A stretch of DNA of 64,000 bases from Octopus sinensis (lineage: Eukaryota): positions 57,846,001 to 57,910,000 of the forward strand of contig NC_043006.1 of assembly GCF_006345805.1 (NCBI RefSeq). The letters run 5' to 3'. How positions within the stretch are numbered: position 1 is the first letter of the stretch; every line of letters begins with the position of its first letter. The translations under genes were made by a program, and so were the position numbers. Positions 12,316-26,311 of this stretch are shown piece by piece. Below the pieces are notes generated by a model. It made no database searches. It was not told the origin of the DNA and worked only from the letters and a program-made list of their open reading frames with translations.

Positions 12316-12464
12316 TTAGCCTTTAAGTTGTTCAAGCTGAGCATTGGTCATATCAGTCTCATCAATCTGGGAGAGACTGATAGGAGCACTGTGTCTCCTC
12401 CCCCTAACTACAATCCCTACAGATAGCAAAGATAAAGTACCTTTACTGCTAGAACCTGAAATAA
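12316..12464 (-). CDS. Candidate terminal coding exon, product unknown
   Basis: Strong acceptor tttttctcgtccttttatttcag|GT; only one frame is open: GSSSKGTLSLLSVGIVVRGRRHSAPISLSQIDETDMTNAQLEQLKG*. No partner exon found. Confidence 0.3.
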
Positions 12465-12489
12465 AAGGACGAGAAAAATTTGAACTGAG

Positions 12490-12835
12490 AAACACTGGCA
12501 TGGCTTGGTGGCATGTAAAAAGCACCTTTCGAGCACTGGGCCTCATATAGGCAATGACAAATGGCCGAGACCTTTGGCAATATGCTGTGCTTGAATAGAA
12601 GACTAACCAGGCCATGTGAAATTGCAGTCATGGCAGATACTGGTGTCATGTAATTGGCAACTGGTGGTGTGTAAAAGCACTCATTACACTCTTGGAGTTG
12701 TTAGCATCAGGAAAGGCATCCAGCTGTAGAAACCATGTCAAATCAGACTGGAGTCTGGTGCCGCCCCTCAGCTTACCAACCCTGGTCAAATCATCCAACC
12801 CATGCCAGCATGTACAATGGACGTTAAATGATGAT
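12490..12835 (+). mobile_element. RTE LINE 3' fragment; similar copies at 26960-27356 and 32760-33070
   Basis: Degenerate last codons (DLWQYAVLE) followed by the same 3' UTR and (GAT)n tail as the other RTE-tail copies. Confidence 0.8.
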
Positions 12836-15342
12836 AATCTGTGCCACTTCAATGTCTATATGGCCCCAAAACTTCCACTTCTTCACATGTCTTCCTCAAT
12901 CTTCTTCAACTCGGACAACAACAAGGAACATTATGAAAGAAAATGTACAGAATGGTACTGGAAATACAACTTCAATACTATAAATCAAACTTGGCAAGCT
13001 GTCTGACACTGTCCTAACTATTGGCTTCATCCTCATATGCCTCATCTGTATAATCATTATTATCATTATATATTCTAATACAAATATGTTGTTCATCTGA
13101 TAAGTCCAGCAAAGCTCCAGTTTGATAGTGACTGATAACTGTGGCAGCTCAGAAGTCAAACACAGAAATAATTATCTTGGAATGGGGCAGTGAAAGAGAA
13201 GAGATATGTTACATTAATTCCAACCATTACAATACATCTTTTATTTAAATGGTAGATATTATCACCCATCCAATGCTGGCTATCACATCCCTTCTCCTAT
13301 TACAGTGATATATTAACCATTTCTAATAATAAAAAAAAAAAATCAAAACAATGGAGAAGGGACTACTAGAAAGTTTAGGAATGAGTATATAAAATTATTA
13401 TTAGTATTATTGGCCTGGCAACTCAATCTAAATTAGTTTTTGTGGTAAACATTGATTAGATAACTTTTGTGTCATTTTTATTTTTATTTACATAATGTGT
13501 TAAACAGGAATATAATCTCCAGTCTTCTTGGAGGGCCATATTTCAACATATGTATCGTCTCTTCAAACATGACCAATCTAACATGGTTTTGATATTTTCC
13601 CATCTAAGTTTTACATGTTTGTACATGTTTATTTCAGTTCAGCTTTTACCAATATCTTATAATGAAATGTTTTAAACAGTCCCATTTGGTGCTCCCTATT
13701 GTTCATTTGTCTGGTTTTTTTAATCAAGCTATCCAAGGGAGACTAAGAAGTAGGGTAAAAAGAGACAGACAAAGGGAGAGGGAGAGGAGAAAGAGGAATC
13801 AGTCATTGTACTATCATATCTTACCATCTTAAAAGGGAAGGATACATTGTACAAGGTACTGTTAGCTATACCAACAGATGGGATAACTGCAGTTAGGGTA
13901 CCTTTGAGCACATCTGCTCTATCAGAGTTTAACTTTTGACTAAACAACATCTTTGGCAAGGTTTGAATTTAGATCTTAAATTTACAAAAACTTCCTGTTA
14001 AATTGGAATTAAAATGAGGTTTTAATTCACCAGGAACTCATCTGTACACTAAATTACCCACTGGTTGTAGTTAACATAAAAATACTGCCAACTGGAATAA
14101 GAAATATGGAATTTCATTATTCCCATTTGAGTCTGTAAGACAACTTCAAAGTTAGATTTTTGCAAACATCTTAACTTTAATAGTTATCGTCTGTAGTCTT
14201 GGCTCCACAAGAATACATTATTACTCACTGCCAATTGCTCCCAGAAAATTCCAGTACGATACCTGAATAAGTTGTTTATCTTTGCAGATAACACAGGGGT
14301 GGGGAGGATGAGAAAAATTAATAAATTTTAAGCTACAGGCATTTTGTAGAAACAATTTGGAACAGTTCAATGCAGCACAACCACCTTCCCTCACCAACAC
14401 AGCATAACTACAGAAAACTAAGTAGTTGCTACTTTCCCCTTCTACCACCAAGGTCCTGCCTGTAAACATGAAATGACTGAAACAAACCTGGAATGTTTCC
14501 AGATTATCAGATAAGTATAGAAGGGAGGGTATAAAAAAGTTTCACTGATATTCCAACACCAGTTACATATTAACCTTGTTTTTGTAGTTGTTTAACCCCA
14601 GGTCAGCCTCTACTAAACAGACCTAAAGATCAAAGACATTCCAGGCACAACTAACTAGTGACTGCTCTACCTTCTTTTCAAACATAATGTATCGAAGACT
14701 GAATCATTCAATATGTCCTTCAAAAAAAAAAAAAAAAACTGACTCTATGGCCTCTATTTCTAATAGGCTGAACAACTATGTAGAGGCTCTTTGAAAGTAA
14801 TAATGGAACACGCATAATCTGTTTAACAGTAGATATTTATATTTACTTGGTTCACCCTATGCACTAGTTAACTTTTCCACAACTTGTCAACGACTTTGAA
14901 ACAGAGATTGCACACTTTCATAGTTAAGGTTCATAAGAAATAGCATTCCCATAAAATACACAAAAAATATTCCCAACCTGGATGTTGATTTAAGTAGCAT
15001 CAATAGAATCATCAATTCAAATTTGAGCCAATGGCAGAACCTCTGTAAAGCTCATCACCAACTCAAATTCTTTAGGTTTTTTTCTTCTTTTTTCCAGTAT
15101 GGTAGGATTAACATGTTATCCAGTTTAAAATTACTACCTGGTTTTTAATATATCTTAGTTAATCTTAAATGACTGTCAGCATTTTGGAGAAAAAAGTCTT
15201 GGTTCCTTCCTGTTTCTGAGTTTACTGGCGACATTGACCCTCAGAAGATTCGGGCTGGACATTTAGACTCAACACTTTCTGGAATTGTGGCATACAAAAA
15301 TCACGAGCACACTCTCTCCTCCCTAACAAACTTATATATATA

Positions 15343-15376
<34 letters not shown>

Positions 15377-16339
15377 TTCAAAAATTTAATATAAACACAA
15401 CAAATAGAAATATTATAAAAACATAAACAGTAAATTTGTTGCTTATTCCTCATCAGTCAACATCCAAAAGATCATTACAATATATACACATATAAGGCAA
15501 TCTCACATTTCATATAAATATCTATCATTAATGTATATACTAACACCATATTATGAAAGAATACTGATGTAGAGTATACTATAGAAACTCTACATTGTGA
15601 GCCATATTGACATCAAACTTTTTTAGTAACACATAAATTGCAGTAAAATAACAAATTAATGTACAGTATAGCCTTACAAAAGACTTGTGAAATAGTATAT
15701 ACTATATACAATCACTACAGCTGTCTGACTGAAAAGTAAAGAAGTATAAGCACAATGCTTAGTTGTTAATCATAAATGAGTATGACTTGGTAGCTTGTAT
15801 TAAGTTTTCACTAATTGTTTTGGGTACCTGGGTAGCTGCAAAAAGCAGGCATAGATTGTCTCTCAGCCCTCCCACCTTTGTCCCTATGGAACATCAAGGA
15901 TGTGACAACTACAGGAAGAGAGCTGTACCAGCAGTTGACTGGTACTTATTGTCAGCGGAGTAGCCATTAAGTGATGTGAAATGTAATGCCTTACTTAAAG
16001 ACAAAATATCTTACCCAGTCTCAAACTGAACCCCTCAGCCTACCAATCTAATCCATGCACTTTCACAGTATAAGCATAACATGCTTCATAGACATTACTC
16101 AATAAGTGACTTGTGAAATATCATACAAGCTACTGTTGTCGTTTAACCCCAGCCAGTCCTAGTTGAGCAGACCTGTAATCAAAGGCACTCAAGTTAAGAT
16201 CACTCCAGCCATATTTGAAAAATAATGTATCCAAAACACCATTATTTTGAATATGCATGTTTTCTTTTGAAGATAGTAAGGATGTGATTTTGTTAATATT
16301 TGTAGCAGATTGAGTAACCATTATGAGATACTCTATTTT

Positions 16340-16530
16340 TACATGCACGTAAAAAACACCTACTACACTCACAGTGGTTGGCATTAGGAAGGGCAGCCAG
16401 TTGTAGAAACACTGCCAAACCAGACTGGGGCCTAGTATAGCCTCCATGGCTTACCAGACCCCGGTTGAACCGTCCAACCCATGCTAGCATGGAAAGCGGA
16501 TGCTAAATGATGATGATGATGATGATGATG
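16340..16530 (+). mobile_element. RTE-tail fragment
   Basis: ggttggcattaggaagggcagccagttgtagaaac...tgatgatgatg. Confidence 0.85.
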
Positions 16531-16882
16531 CAAACAACAGAGTAATATTATAAGGTATTTAAACAATTGTAACTACAATATAGCAATCTTTATATCTTAC
16601 TTAACAAGGATATACAAATAGAAAGCCACAATTCTGCAGTATTCATCTAGAGAAGACATCTTGTATAAATGCATATTGCCAAAAGGCACAGAAATATCAG
16701 TAGCAGACAAAAATGTCTAGTATTGGCAGAAGATGTGCGCTCATCCTTGGTACCAACTACTCACTATTACCACTTGCTTAGGCAAATTTCCCCGTATAGT
16801 GATATAGAGAAAAACATTGACTAATCAGTCACTGGATTGATAAATAGCTGACAGATTGGTCAAAAATTAATTATTAGCAAAA

Positions 16883-17036
16883 GAAGCAGTATTAGTACCT
16901 AAAAGCAATCTGAATATTTTAGTTAATGTGGTTATACTAACAGAAAGCCACACTACCAAGGTATTTGGCTGTGGCTTTCTGTTTGTGTATCCATCTGTAA
17001 GATATATAGATGCCTTTTTGGTACTAATACTGCTTC
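16883..17036. repeat. Imperfect 154-nt hairpin
   Basis: Outer arms 16883-16911/17008-17036; perfect 14-bp inner stem 16939-16952/16970-16983. Confidence 0.8.
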
Positions 17037-17846
17037 CATCACCAATAATGAAACTACAATATATTTTGCATTATATGGGGCAATATATTGTACTATGTAG
17101 CACAATTCGTTGAAACAGAGTACAATATATTGTTCAATAACATAGCTACAATAATTTGAAGCAGCAGTGGTGATATAGAAGTGATTAATTAGAATAGCGT
17201 GAGGATAAATAATATATGTACGTGACATATTGGTAGAGATTAATGAGACAGGTAAGGTTCATGAATAACTAGTGAAATAATGGGAGGAGATAAGGTGAGG
17301 AGGAAGGGATGAAGGGAGCAAAAATAGAAGAAAAGAGAAAAGAATGAAAAAGAATTTTTTTTAAATGGCAGAGAATATATAGTGGGAGTGATGACAGCAA
17401 AAATAAATGAATAAATAAACAAAGCAAAAAGACATAAGAGAAATTTCCCAATTAGCCAAAAATGAAATGGTCCATCTCCAAGGCTTTAATTTTTTTTCTT
17501 TCCTGTGAAAGACAGATTTTTAGTGAAGTAACACTAAAATGTTCACTATTATTACTCCTTTGCTTTGTCTCTAGTGTTGACTATTTACAGAATAGAATCA
17601 GTTGGCAAGTAGAAAAAGAAGGACAAACTCAAAGGAACCTGGTGATTTTGTTTTTGTATTTCTTCTACCTAAGAGTGACCACCATCATAGTAACCAAATT
17701 CTAATCAAAGAGTTGGACACTCCTTGTCAACAGCTGTGCAAAACTAGCTGTTCATTAGCAAGAAAATATAACAAAGAAAAAAATTATCCCATAACATACA
17801 TGATTATCATTTATTATAGGCACAAGCATGTCTGTGTGGTAAGAAG

Positions 17847-18081
17847 GTGGCAAGCTGGCAGAAACGTTAGCACATCGAGCAAAATGCTTAGTGGTATTTT
17901 GTCTGCCGTTACATTCTGAGTTCAAATTCCGCCGAGGTCAACTTTGCCTTTCGTCCTTTTGGGGTCGATAAATTAAGTACCAGTTATGCACTGGGGTCGA
18001 TGTAATCAACTTAATCCCTTTGTCTGTCCTTGTTTGTCCTCTCAATTTTTAACCCGTTGTGGGCAATAAAGAAATAAGAAG
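17847..18081 (+). mobile_element. Full-length SINE nested in another SINE
   Basis: TAAGAAG is duplicated at 17840-17846 and 18075-18081; the host SINE head (ctgtgtggtaagaag) resumes after it (tttgtttc...ttcagtcccact). Confidence 0.85.
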
Positions 18082-18155
18082 TTTGTTTCTCAAGTTCAGT
18101 CCCACTATAAGGTACCTTAGGTAAGTGTCTTCTACTATGGAAACTGGAAAGAAGC

Positions 18156-18206
<51 letters not shown>

Positions 18207-19146
18207 CATACAGACAAGAAAGTAATATTCCAAATGCAGTATAGCCATGGAAACAACAGAGAGAGTGGGTATTTTACTCTTACATGACAGAAAAAGTTGA
18301 CAGCAACAGCTAGTGTTAATTTGGCAGAAATTGTCAGAGGGCATTTTGCTTAATTGGTAGAGTATTAAGCTGGTATCTGGGAGGTGCAGGTTCACATCAG
18401 GTGGCGGTTTGCTGACACTTTTTCCATCATGTAAGGAAAAAAAAAATACCCAATCTTTCTACTATTTTCATGGCTATAATGCATTCAAAATATTATTTTG
18501 TCTGTATGATGCAATACACATTCGACACTTCCAAAAACAAACAAAAGTTCCTTTACATATGTTGTTGCATATATATGTCAGTGTGTGAGTGTGTGTGCGT
18601 CACTGTCCTCTCGCCTTGACATTAGATGATAACTATAAATGAGTGTTACCATCATGCAAGCCGTGTCCTTTGTTTCACAGAGAAATATTACCATGTTTGG
18701 AAACAGGTGAAGGCTAGCTGTAGAAAATCCAACTCAACAAATTCCATCTAACCCATACAAGCATGGAAAAGTAGATGTTAAAATGATGACAATAATGATA
18801 TCATATATATATATACATGTAAATATACATACAAATATATACATTATGTTAAAAATTTGATTACGTTCAAGTTTGATCTACCTTATTAAGGATTATTCTT
18901 ATTTCCTTGTTCATCTTTTATGGCTGGTTTGGAACAACAACATTCATTAATCCACGAGTCTGTTATGTCGAGCTTTTTCACAATTTCATTTGCAAAATAA
19001 ATTGCTGGTATGTTGTCTGCACACTTTGCAGTGAGTTACAAAGGACTTGAGGATTTTGCAAATGACATTTTTAAAGTTTCAAACCATCAGATTAATCAGT
19101 TTAGAACTGCTAAAAAATAGATGCACAAAAATTCTTTAGTAAAATA

Positions 19147-20025
19147 CAGGGTGCAATGAGTGAATTGTCGCCATTTTATATTTTTAATTTTGTGCATGCA
19201 TATTGCTTGTCTTTGATTTTGTCAACTACACAGTATAGGAGGGTCAATTGGGCACCATGTGTGAGATAAAACGGCAAATTGACACAATTCACTTTGCTAG
19301 AAATTTGGAAACAAGCTGTACTGCTTGGCATTCACGCTGGAGGCTCCAATAGAAAAGGTGAACACACAGAACAACCACTGGCTAGTCGTGTCCCCAAATG
19401 ATGTACCAAGAATGATAAAAATCAAACATCCAGTTAACATCATGGTGTTCGGAGTGATCACTAGTAATGGCAATGTTATGCCTCCATTCATCTTCCTACA
19501 CAGTCTCAGAATCAACACAGCCTCAGACTCTACAGCAAGTGCCTGGGGGAGGTAGTGCTGCCCTGGGTCAAGAGGGTGGCTGCTGGAAGACCCTATGTCT
19601 GGCCACAGGTCTCTGCACTATGCCACACATGCAGGAGAACCCAGTTATGGCTATCAGACAACATCACCCCTAACATTTGGCCACCTAACTCCCCACATGG
19701 TAACCTCCTTGATTATTATGTGTGGAGCACAGTTGAGCAAGAAACCAACAAAACTCCTTGTAACACCAAAGATGAACTGAAGGTAAAACATTATTATGGC
19801 AGCAATCACCAACTTAAACAAAGGGACCGTCCAGAAGAGTTGCAGGAGGTTCCAAAGTCGTCTGGAGGCTGTGGTTGAAGCCAATTGCGATTTTATTGAA
19901 TAAATTTACTCTTTTAGTATTTCAAGATATTTTTATGAAATTTTGGTAAATATATCTTAAAATGAGATGTTAGTATTATTTTCATTTTTGCGTAATTTAG
20001 ACAACAGTTTATTCACTGCATCCTG
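19147..20025 (+). mobile_element. Defective Tc1/mariner element, maT (DD37D)-like
   Basis: TIRs cagggtgcaatgagtgaattgtc / gacaacagtttattcactgcatcctg with TA on both sides; frameshifted transposase KHPVNIMVFGVITSNGNVMPPFIF and WPPNSPHGNLLDYYVW. The family call rests on the NxLDY third-aspartate motif; spacing here is 33, so a 4-codon deletion is inferred. Confidence 0.85.
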
Positions 20026-20384
20026 TAGATCAAACTTGATATCAATTGTGTTTTTAATATTACAAAGGTGGTGAACTGACAGAATCATTAGCACATTGGG
20101 CATTTCATTTGTCCTTATGTTCTGAGTTCAAATTCCACCAAGGTCAACTTTGCTTTTTATCTTTTCAGACTTGATAAAACAAGTACCAGTTGTACACTGA
20201 GGCTGATGTAATTGACTTATCCCTTCCCTGTAAATTGCTGGTCTTGAGCCAAAATTTGAAACCAATCTTACATGCCTGATAGGAAAGCTGTTCACTATTT
20301 ACATACACAAACATATATTAGAAAAACTGAACACAGACAATAGATAAAATGTACAGGACAAGATGGAAACATGGAAATCATTCC

Positions 20385-21380
20385 CTCTCATCAGCTGTTA
20401 TGAACAGGACTTCTTATCTCAGAATGCCTGGGGATGGTCTATTGTGGGAGGAAATGCTACAGGTGATTGAAATTAAAGTGTCTACTTATTCCAAAGGTTT
20501 TCAAGGACTCTATGCTAAATTTAATCAAATAAAAAGGCTTGGACGATATGAGTCATTTTCAAGATTGGTTGATAAAAAAATTTTTTTCACAGTAATATAT
20601 CCAACATAGCATTACTTTGTAAATCAGTGGCTTTACAGGTTTTCCACCAGAAGAAAGTTTACAAGGTCAGTAAGATATGACTGGCAAATTGTGTAAGATT
20701 TGAAGATGTCATAAACGACAATATAGTCAAGCTGTCGGAGTCCCTTGGAGACACTTTAACTAATGAGGAACTGAAGGTCCTCATTACAAGAATGAGCTGC
20801 AAGAGAAGAAAAGGTTATAAATCTCTCCTTACATCAACTCACTTGACAAAGAATGTGCTTAAAGCATAGGCAATTATAGGGAAAAGTCTACAAGTCTTCA
20901 ATGACAACAACTGATGTATGTTATGAGCTCAGTCTGTAGACTAAACTGTACAGTGTAATGGTGCACCAATAAATGTCAAATACCCTTAAATATGTTCTTC
21001 ACCTCTCAAGCAGATGATGATGATCTACAAAACAGAAGATAGTCCTCCACTTCCTCCATGGAACTCCTAATGCACCACCATTTATCCCAAAACAAATATT
21101 CTTAATCAAAGCAAGAATAATATTTGTATTCTTATTTATTTCCAAGTAATTCTTCAACTTTTATTAATGAACACACATTGTACTGTACTGTTTATTTGAT
21201 ATTTTCATGTATAAAAGTGGTTGTGCTGTTTTCTTTCCATACCTAAACTTCCACTAAAATATTCCATGAGAATGCATCTTAATTCATAACATGGAAACCA
21301 ATGGAAAAATAGGTTTTACATTACAGAATTCCATTAAGACAAGATTTTTCGGGAACACCGAATTTCATAGCATGAGGTAT
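20385..21380 (+). mobile_element. Degraded Tigger/pogo transposon remnant
   Basis: SIVGGNATGD (cf. LLGGNAAGD of Tigger DDE domains), FTGFP, and EDVINDNIVKLSESLGDTLTNEELKVL (Tigger C-terminal motif); many stops and deletions. Confidence 0.65.
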
Positions 21381-22984
21381 ATAATTCAAAAGCTAATGAA
21401 ATATCTTGCTTCAAAGACAAAAAGAAAAGTGACCCTTTGTCTTAATCTACCAAATGACATTTCCTACGGGGTTTAGGTGGATTATGTAGTGATTAAGAAT
21501 TTGCTGCCCTCTTTAAGACAGATTTATAGAGTGAATTTAATAGGAATTGGTCAACATTTAATTACTTGTTTATAAAGTAGCTTCCAACTGGTACGAAATT
21601 AAAACAGTATATAACAAACTAGGTGAATGTCAGACATACCTAAAAGACTAAAATTCTAAGCATTATATATACCATCTCCATTTGCACAGCACTCACATAA
21701 AAAAAAAATATCCATCATAATAATCAAAACAAATAAGCTAAAAATTATTCATCTGAAAGACAATTCAAACATTTAGTCAAAATAATGAAAACATGTCAGT
21801 TATTTACAAACAGTTCTCAGTTAGTCTAGGCTTCCAAACATTCTTTTATTATTACAAACTACGAAATTTTAAATATGAGAATGTCTATGAAGTCATTCTG
21901 CCTGCTAAACATAGCAGCCAAACTAATTGACTTGAATGAGAAAATATCCATTGGAAAAAGAACACACAACCTCATAGAAAGGTATGACAGTCGTGGGCTA
22001 AAATACTTCTTACTTCGAGTTATGAGACTTTCTATTCCAAGAAGCTATACACATACACTATACTGTTCAGGCAACATGTTCAATTACATTGCAATAATAC
22101 CATTTTTAAGACCCAAGTCTCTTTCAGCAGTGAACAGTAAGAAGAAACACCATCACGTTAGAGAGAAAGAAATTGAAAAGGGATTAAAATTGTTATCTTT
22201 GATTTCTCTGTATTAGTATTTCATAACTATGCAAATTGTTGTAACTTAGCATCAGCTCAGCTGTGATTAAGCTGTCCTATAATCATGAAAAATGACATTT
22301 CGGCTATAACCATCCTGTCTTCTTTTTTTGTTGAGCCCTGGTATAAATTTGAACAACAGCACAAAATCTCATTTGGTTTGCGGTTGCTTTTGTAAAGTGA
22401 TAGGAAGTGGTTTCAGGGAGATTTCTAACAAGTCGAGTGATTCCGTAGAGGCTTTCTTGTTATGTTGACCTATATTATAAGATATGTTAGCTGAAAGGAG
22501 CCAACATGAATGATACTATGCAAATGGCTTAATTGTCCAACTCTTAACTTCTCACCTACTTACAGCTGCTTCAACACTTAAAACATAACACCCTGGCTTT
22601 CACTCCTAGTTGTCAACCAAATTATGTACAAGAAATGATGTTTGGTTTCTTTTGCTTTTAAACTTCAATGACTATGATAAAATTACTATAATTTGCCAAT
22701 ATAGCATGTAACTGAAACCTGCAAGATTAGAATGAAACAAAATAAAAGTCAGCATCTCACACATAGCTTTAATAGTAATCTATTTAATTATCCTTTTGGG
22801 TGCTTTTAAGAGTTGGCTTTTAAAATCAGATCAGAGCAACACCAATCTATATTATCTCTATTGTCAAAAATTTCAACCAACTGATCTCATTGCAATTATC
22901 TCCCTTGTTGGTTGGTTGGAATTTAATTACTCCCAGAAGGATTTTTGGTCTCTTTATTGTTTAGACAATTTCAGTTTATCAATG

Positions 22985-23065
22985 TTTCTCAATATATATG
23001 AGGAATAAACTACTCACATTAGTCGTTGGCTGTTGAAACACTACATCCTTCAAAACTTCCATGTT
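22985..23065 (+). mobile_element. Old CR1 3' fragment
   Basis: ggaataaactactcacattagtcgttggctgttgaaacactacatccttcaaaacttccatg aligns by eye with 26059-26121 of the CR1 copy. Confidence 0.6.
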
Positions 23066-23570
23066 ATATAAGAAACCTAACAGTATTTGTGGTATATATA
23101 CATGTTTGTATCCATTTTCTCTTTACTCAATGAAACAATTTCATTCTGCTTCTAGATTAACATTAAGATGAAGTCCTTTTCTATGTCTCATTCACTAAGG
23201 TCTGTATATTTGAGTTTAAATTGAGGCAGTCAATAGTATAAACCCCATTTCCACCATCTTAGACTGAGAGTAACAGAACTTGCTGTCTTCCAATTGTTAA
23301 AAGTTTTAACAGCCAAAATTCATAAAAACCTATTTTAGGATTCAGAGTAGGAGCCTTGCTGGGACATCTTAAACTAGTTGGTCTAGAGAGAAGAAACTAT
23401 AACTGATAGTTAACTGTTTACCACTACTTCAATCTTCAGAGGCCAATGCCTGCTAGTGGACAACCACCTTAGGTATTACTCACAGACCCAGTGTTCTTAA
23501 TTTCTTTGGTGGCAGTCTTCCAATATAGAACCATCACCCTGATGTATCTTTAACAAACATTGAACTACAA

Positions 23571-23827
23571 CAGTAGTTTTCAAACGTTTTTTGCTTATGG
23601 ACCCCTTTGATTCCAGTTTTACTCAAGCAACGGGGACCCTCATAGCCATCCAATGTCTAAAAACTCCTATTATATCTTTATGAATAAATACTGTTAGGAA
23701 CTGTATAAAAAATATTTAAATATTTAGTGTATTGTAGAAATATAACCAGTTTATTGCACATAAAATTTAACAACTAAATCTTGTATGGACCCCCAAAAGC
23801 CATATGGACCCTATTTGAGAACCACTA
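23571..23827. mobile_element. hAT-type MITE, older
   Basis: Ends cagtagttttcaaac / tttgagaaccacta; 8-bp flanks aactacaa versus gactacac (6 of 8 match). Confidence 0.65.
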
Positions 23828-23949
23828 GACTACACAAAAAAATGTGAAGAAGTAGGAAACAGAGTCAATTTTATTACAAGCATCAAGACCAGGTCTCTGG
23901 TCTGAGTTATCCTCAGATCAGAGTCTGTAATAATGCTTTGCCTAATCCA

Positions 23950-24871
23950 CCCAAAAGCTAGGTGATTGTGTAAAGTCTGGTGACATTAAATCTCTAGCCA
24001 AAATATTACAAAGATTTGCACCCAAGTTAGAATGAGAGAAATAAAATGGCTAAATCACAAAACAAAGTCATCAGAGAACAAAAGCGATAAATTTGAAGCA
24101 AATTTAAATAGCATACCAGAGAATTTGGAAAAGTATTTTGTTTCTTTGGAAAACAAATAGTTGTGTGAAATTAATTTACATAGACATAATGAGCATAGAA
24201 ATGATTTTTGTTACATTATGTATTAATTCTTCCATGGAAGAATTGACATAAAATTGGGAAAAGATGGTATGTAAAGACTAACACGTGCTGTGAAAAAGTT
24301 TTGTTATCATACCAGAATTGCGATGTGATAAACTAGTTAACAATGTAATTTTCATTTCATTATTTTATTTGAATTTTATTTATTTATTTTTCTTATTTAC
24401 AGACTTAAGCAGAATTTTAATATTTTATCTAAAGAAAAATTAAAATAAAATGAAAATATTTAAGCAATTCAGTAAATAAATAAATATTCTCACAATCTAA
24501 TAATGAAATAAAAATGTAAAGAGGAGAGAAACAACATGTTTAATTGAAGATTGCAATAACAAACTTTAAATAAATTTAATATAGGGAGTCTTGACGTCAC
24601 AGTAATGAAAACAATTTAAATGAACCAAATTTTAAGCATTTAAAAGAGTTGAACGTTAATCTTTTTATTAATTAAACATACAAAATATTCTACTTCTACT
24701 TAAATGAATATTTATACTTTAGATGAATACATTTAATACAAATAGATTGGAAATAAAGGAGTAGAGCTGCTAATGGTTAACTTAACTCAAAGGTTCAATT
24801 AGAGAAGAATAAAATCACATGGGAAATTATTTGAATATTAGAAAGCCGAGCAATGAGAGAAATGTAAAAAT
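23950..24871 (+). pseudogene. Decayed LRR (RI-like / NLRC3-like) coding remnant
   Basis: SGDIKSLAKILQRFAPKLE*; LWKTNSCVKLIYI; LCINSSMEEL[frameshift]DIKLGKDGM*RLTRAVKK; FKHLKELNV; IGNKGVELL. Acceptor at 24401-24402 and GTAAG donor at 24872; many stops. Confidence 0.4.
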
Positions 24872-25264
24872 GTAAGCATATTCCTTCTATGCTTTTATTG
24901 TACAGAAAAAAAAAGAGGGAGTCTCCTGATGGACCACTGTTAAATTAATTAGAAGCTGCTGAAAGCAAAATATGCAAATTAAGCTATCAGTTATGGAAGT
25001 GTCTAATTTCTGACTGCTTTATATAACAGATGGATATTCCATGCTACTGAATAGTGAAGGAAACCAGGCATGTCTTTTTTTGAAGAGCAGTCGACAAATC
25101 TTGAAACAGTTTATCAAGAGACTCTCCATTCCTTGTTTTCCCTGCACATCAAAAGCATAGAAGGAATCTGTTCATGTATTTACACTCTCATAATTTTCTC
25201 ACAGCTAGGCTTTCTAATATTTAATTTTTATTCAGTCCTTCTGGGTCAGGTAATATTATACATA

Positions 25265-26272
25265 TCTGTTCTTGGTCCCCTTTTGTTTGTTGCATACATT
25301 AATGACATAGATGCCAACTTAAAGAATGCCACAGTGCTGAAATATGCAGATGACATCAAGCTGTACCTTGAGATAAAAAGGATAGGTCCTAAACACTATA
25401 GATCTTTCCTGCAATCGGACATGGACACAATGCAACAATGGATCCTGGACGGGCAACTCAAGCTGGCTGTGGACAAGTGTACCACCATGCATTTTAGGAG
25501 GAAAAACCCAGTGTTCACATACTCTCTCCACAACACTAATATCAAGAAGTCTTCTTGTGAACATAACCTGGGCATTACTGCCAGCAGTGATTTGCGCTGG
25601 ACAAAATACATCTCTAAAATTGTCAAGAAGATTGAGGGTGTCTTGGCATCACTCAGCAAGACCTTTGTCAGTCACTCTCCAGCTATCTATTTAAGGCTGT
25701 ATATGGCTATGGTGCAGCCACAGTTGGAATTTGTATCACCAGTGTGGAACCTGTCTTGCTCAGGACATTGACCTCCTAGAAACTGCTCAGAGATATGCAA
25801 CCAAGCAAATACTCTCAATCCGGCATCTACCATACTCTGAATGCCTTGCTTCCCTGGGCATAGATACACTGAAGCTCTGACATCTGGCAACTAACTTGGT
25901 AAACACCCAAAAAATTATTAACCATTGTGCCAACAACCACCTTGCGCACCTTTTTGAGCTCCATGTGTCTAAGACACATGGGCATGCCTACAAGTCAGAA
26001 AACAGCACAGCTCCCATTACTTTAGGAAACATTTTTTCACACTCAGAGTTGCTGAAGCATGGAACAAACTACCTGCATCAGTTGTTAGTTGCCGAGACAT
26101 TGCATCCTTTAAAACTTCCATGCTTCCTGAAATTTGCAAACACTACACCTGATATCCTACCCTGCTCCATATGCATGCACAGTTCACTTTCCTGACTTTT
26201 GTATGTAATTCTATGTACTGTACATGCACCTTTTATGAGTTGTAGTGCACCTGAGCACTATACACAATAATT

Positions 26273-26305
<33 letters not shown>

Positions 26306-26311
26306 TATTAT
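25265..26311 (+). mobile_element. 5'-truncated CR1-clade LINE (RT C-terminal half)
   Basis: SVLGPLLFVAYINDID...LKYADDIKLY...NLGI...EFVSPVW, then a frameshifted DIDLLETAQRYATK; (ATT)n tail at about 26275-26311. Confidence 0.92.

Noticed and set aside
21875-22216. 113-aa ORF as a gene
   Set aside because: No recognisable domain or convincing splice context; the length is borderline for chance.
24000-24871. Reading TAA/TAG as Gln (ciliate code) to rescue the LRR-like frames
   Set aside because: TGA stops and frameshifts remain, and the flanks are host-type repeats; ordinary decay in AT-rich DNA is sufficient.
25070-25771. 233-aa ORF as a host gene
   Set aside because: From residue 66 it is CR1 reverse transcriptase; the N-terminus is in-frame flank.
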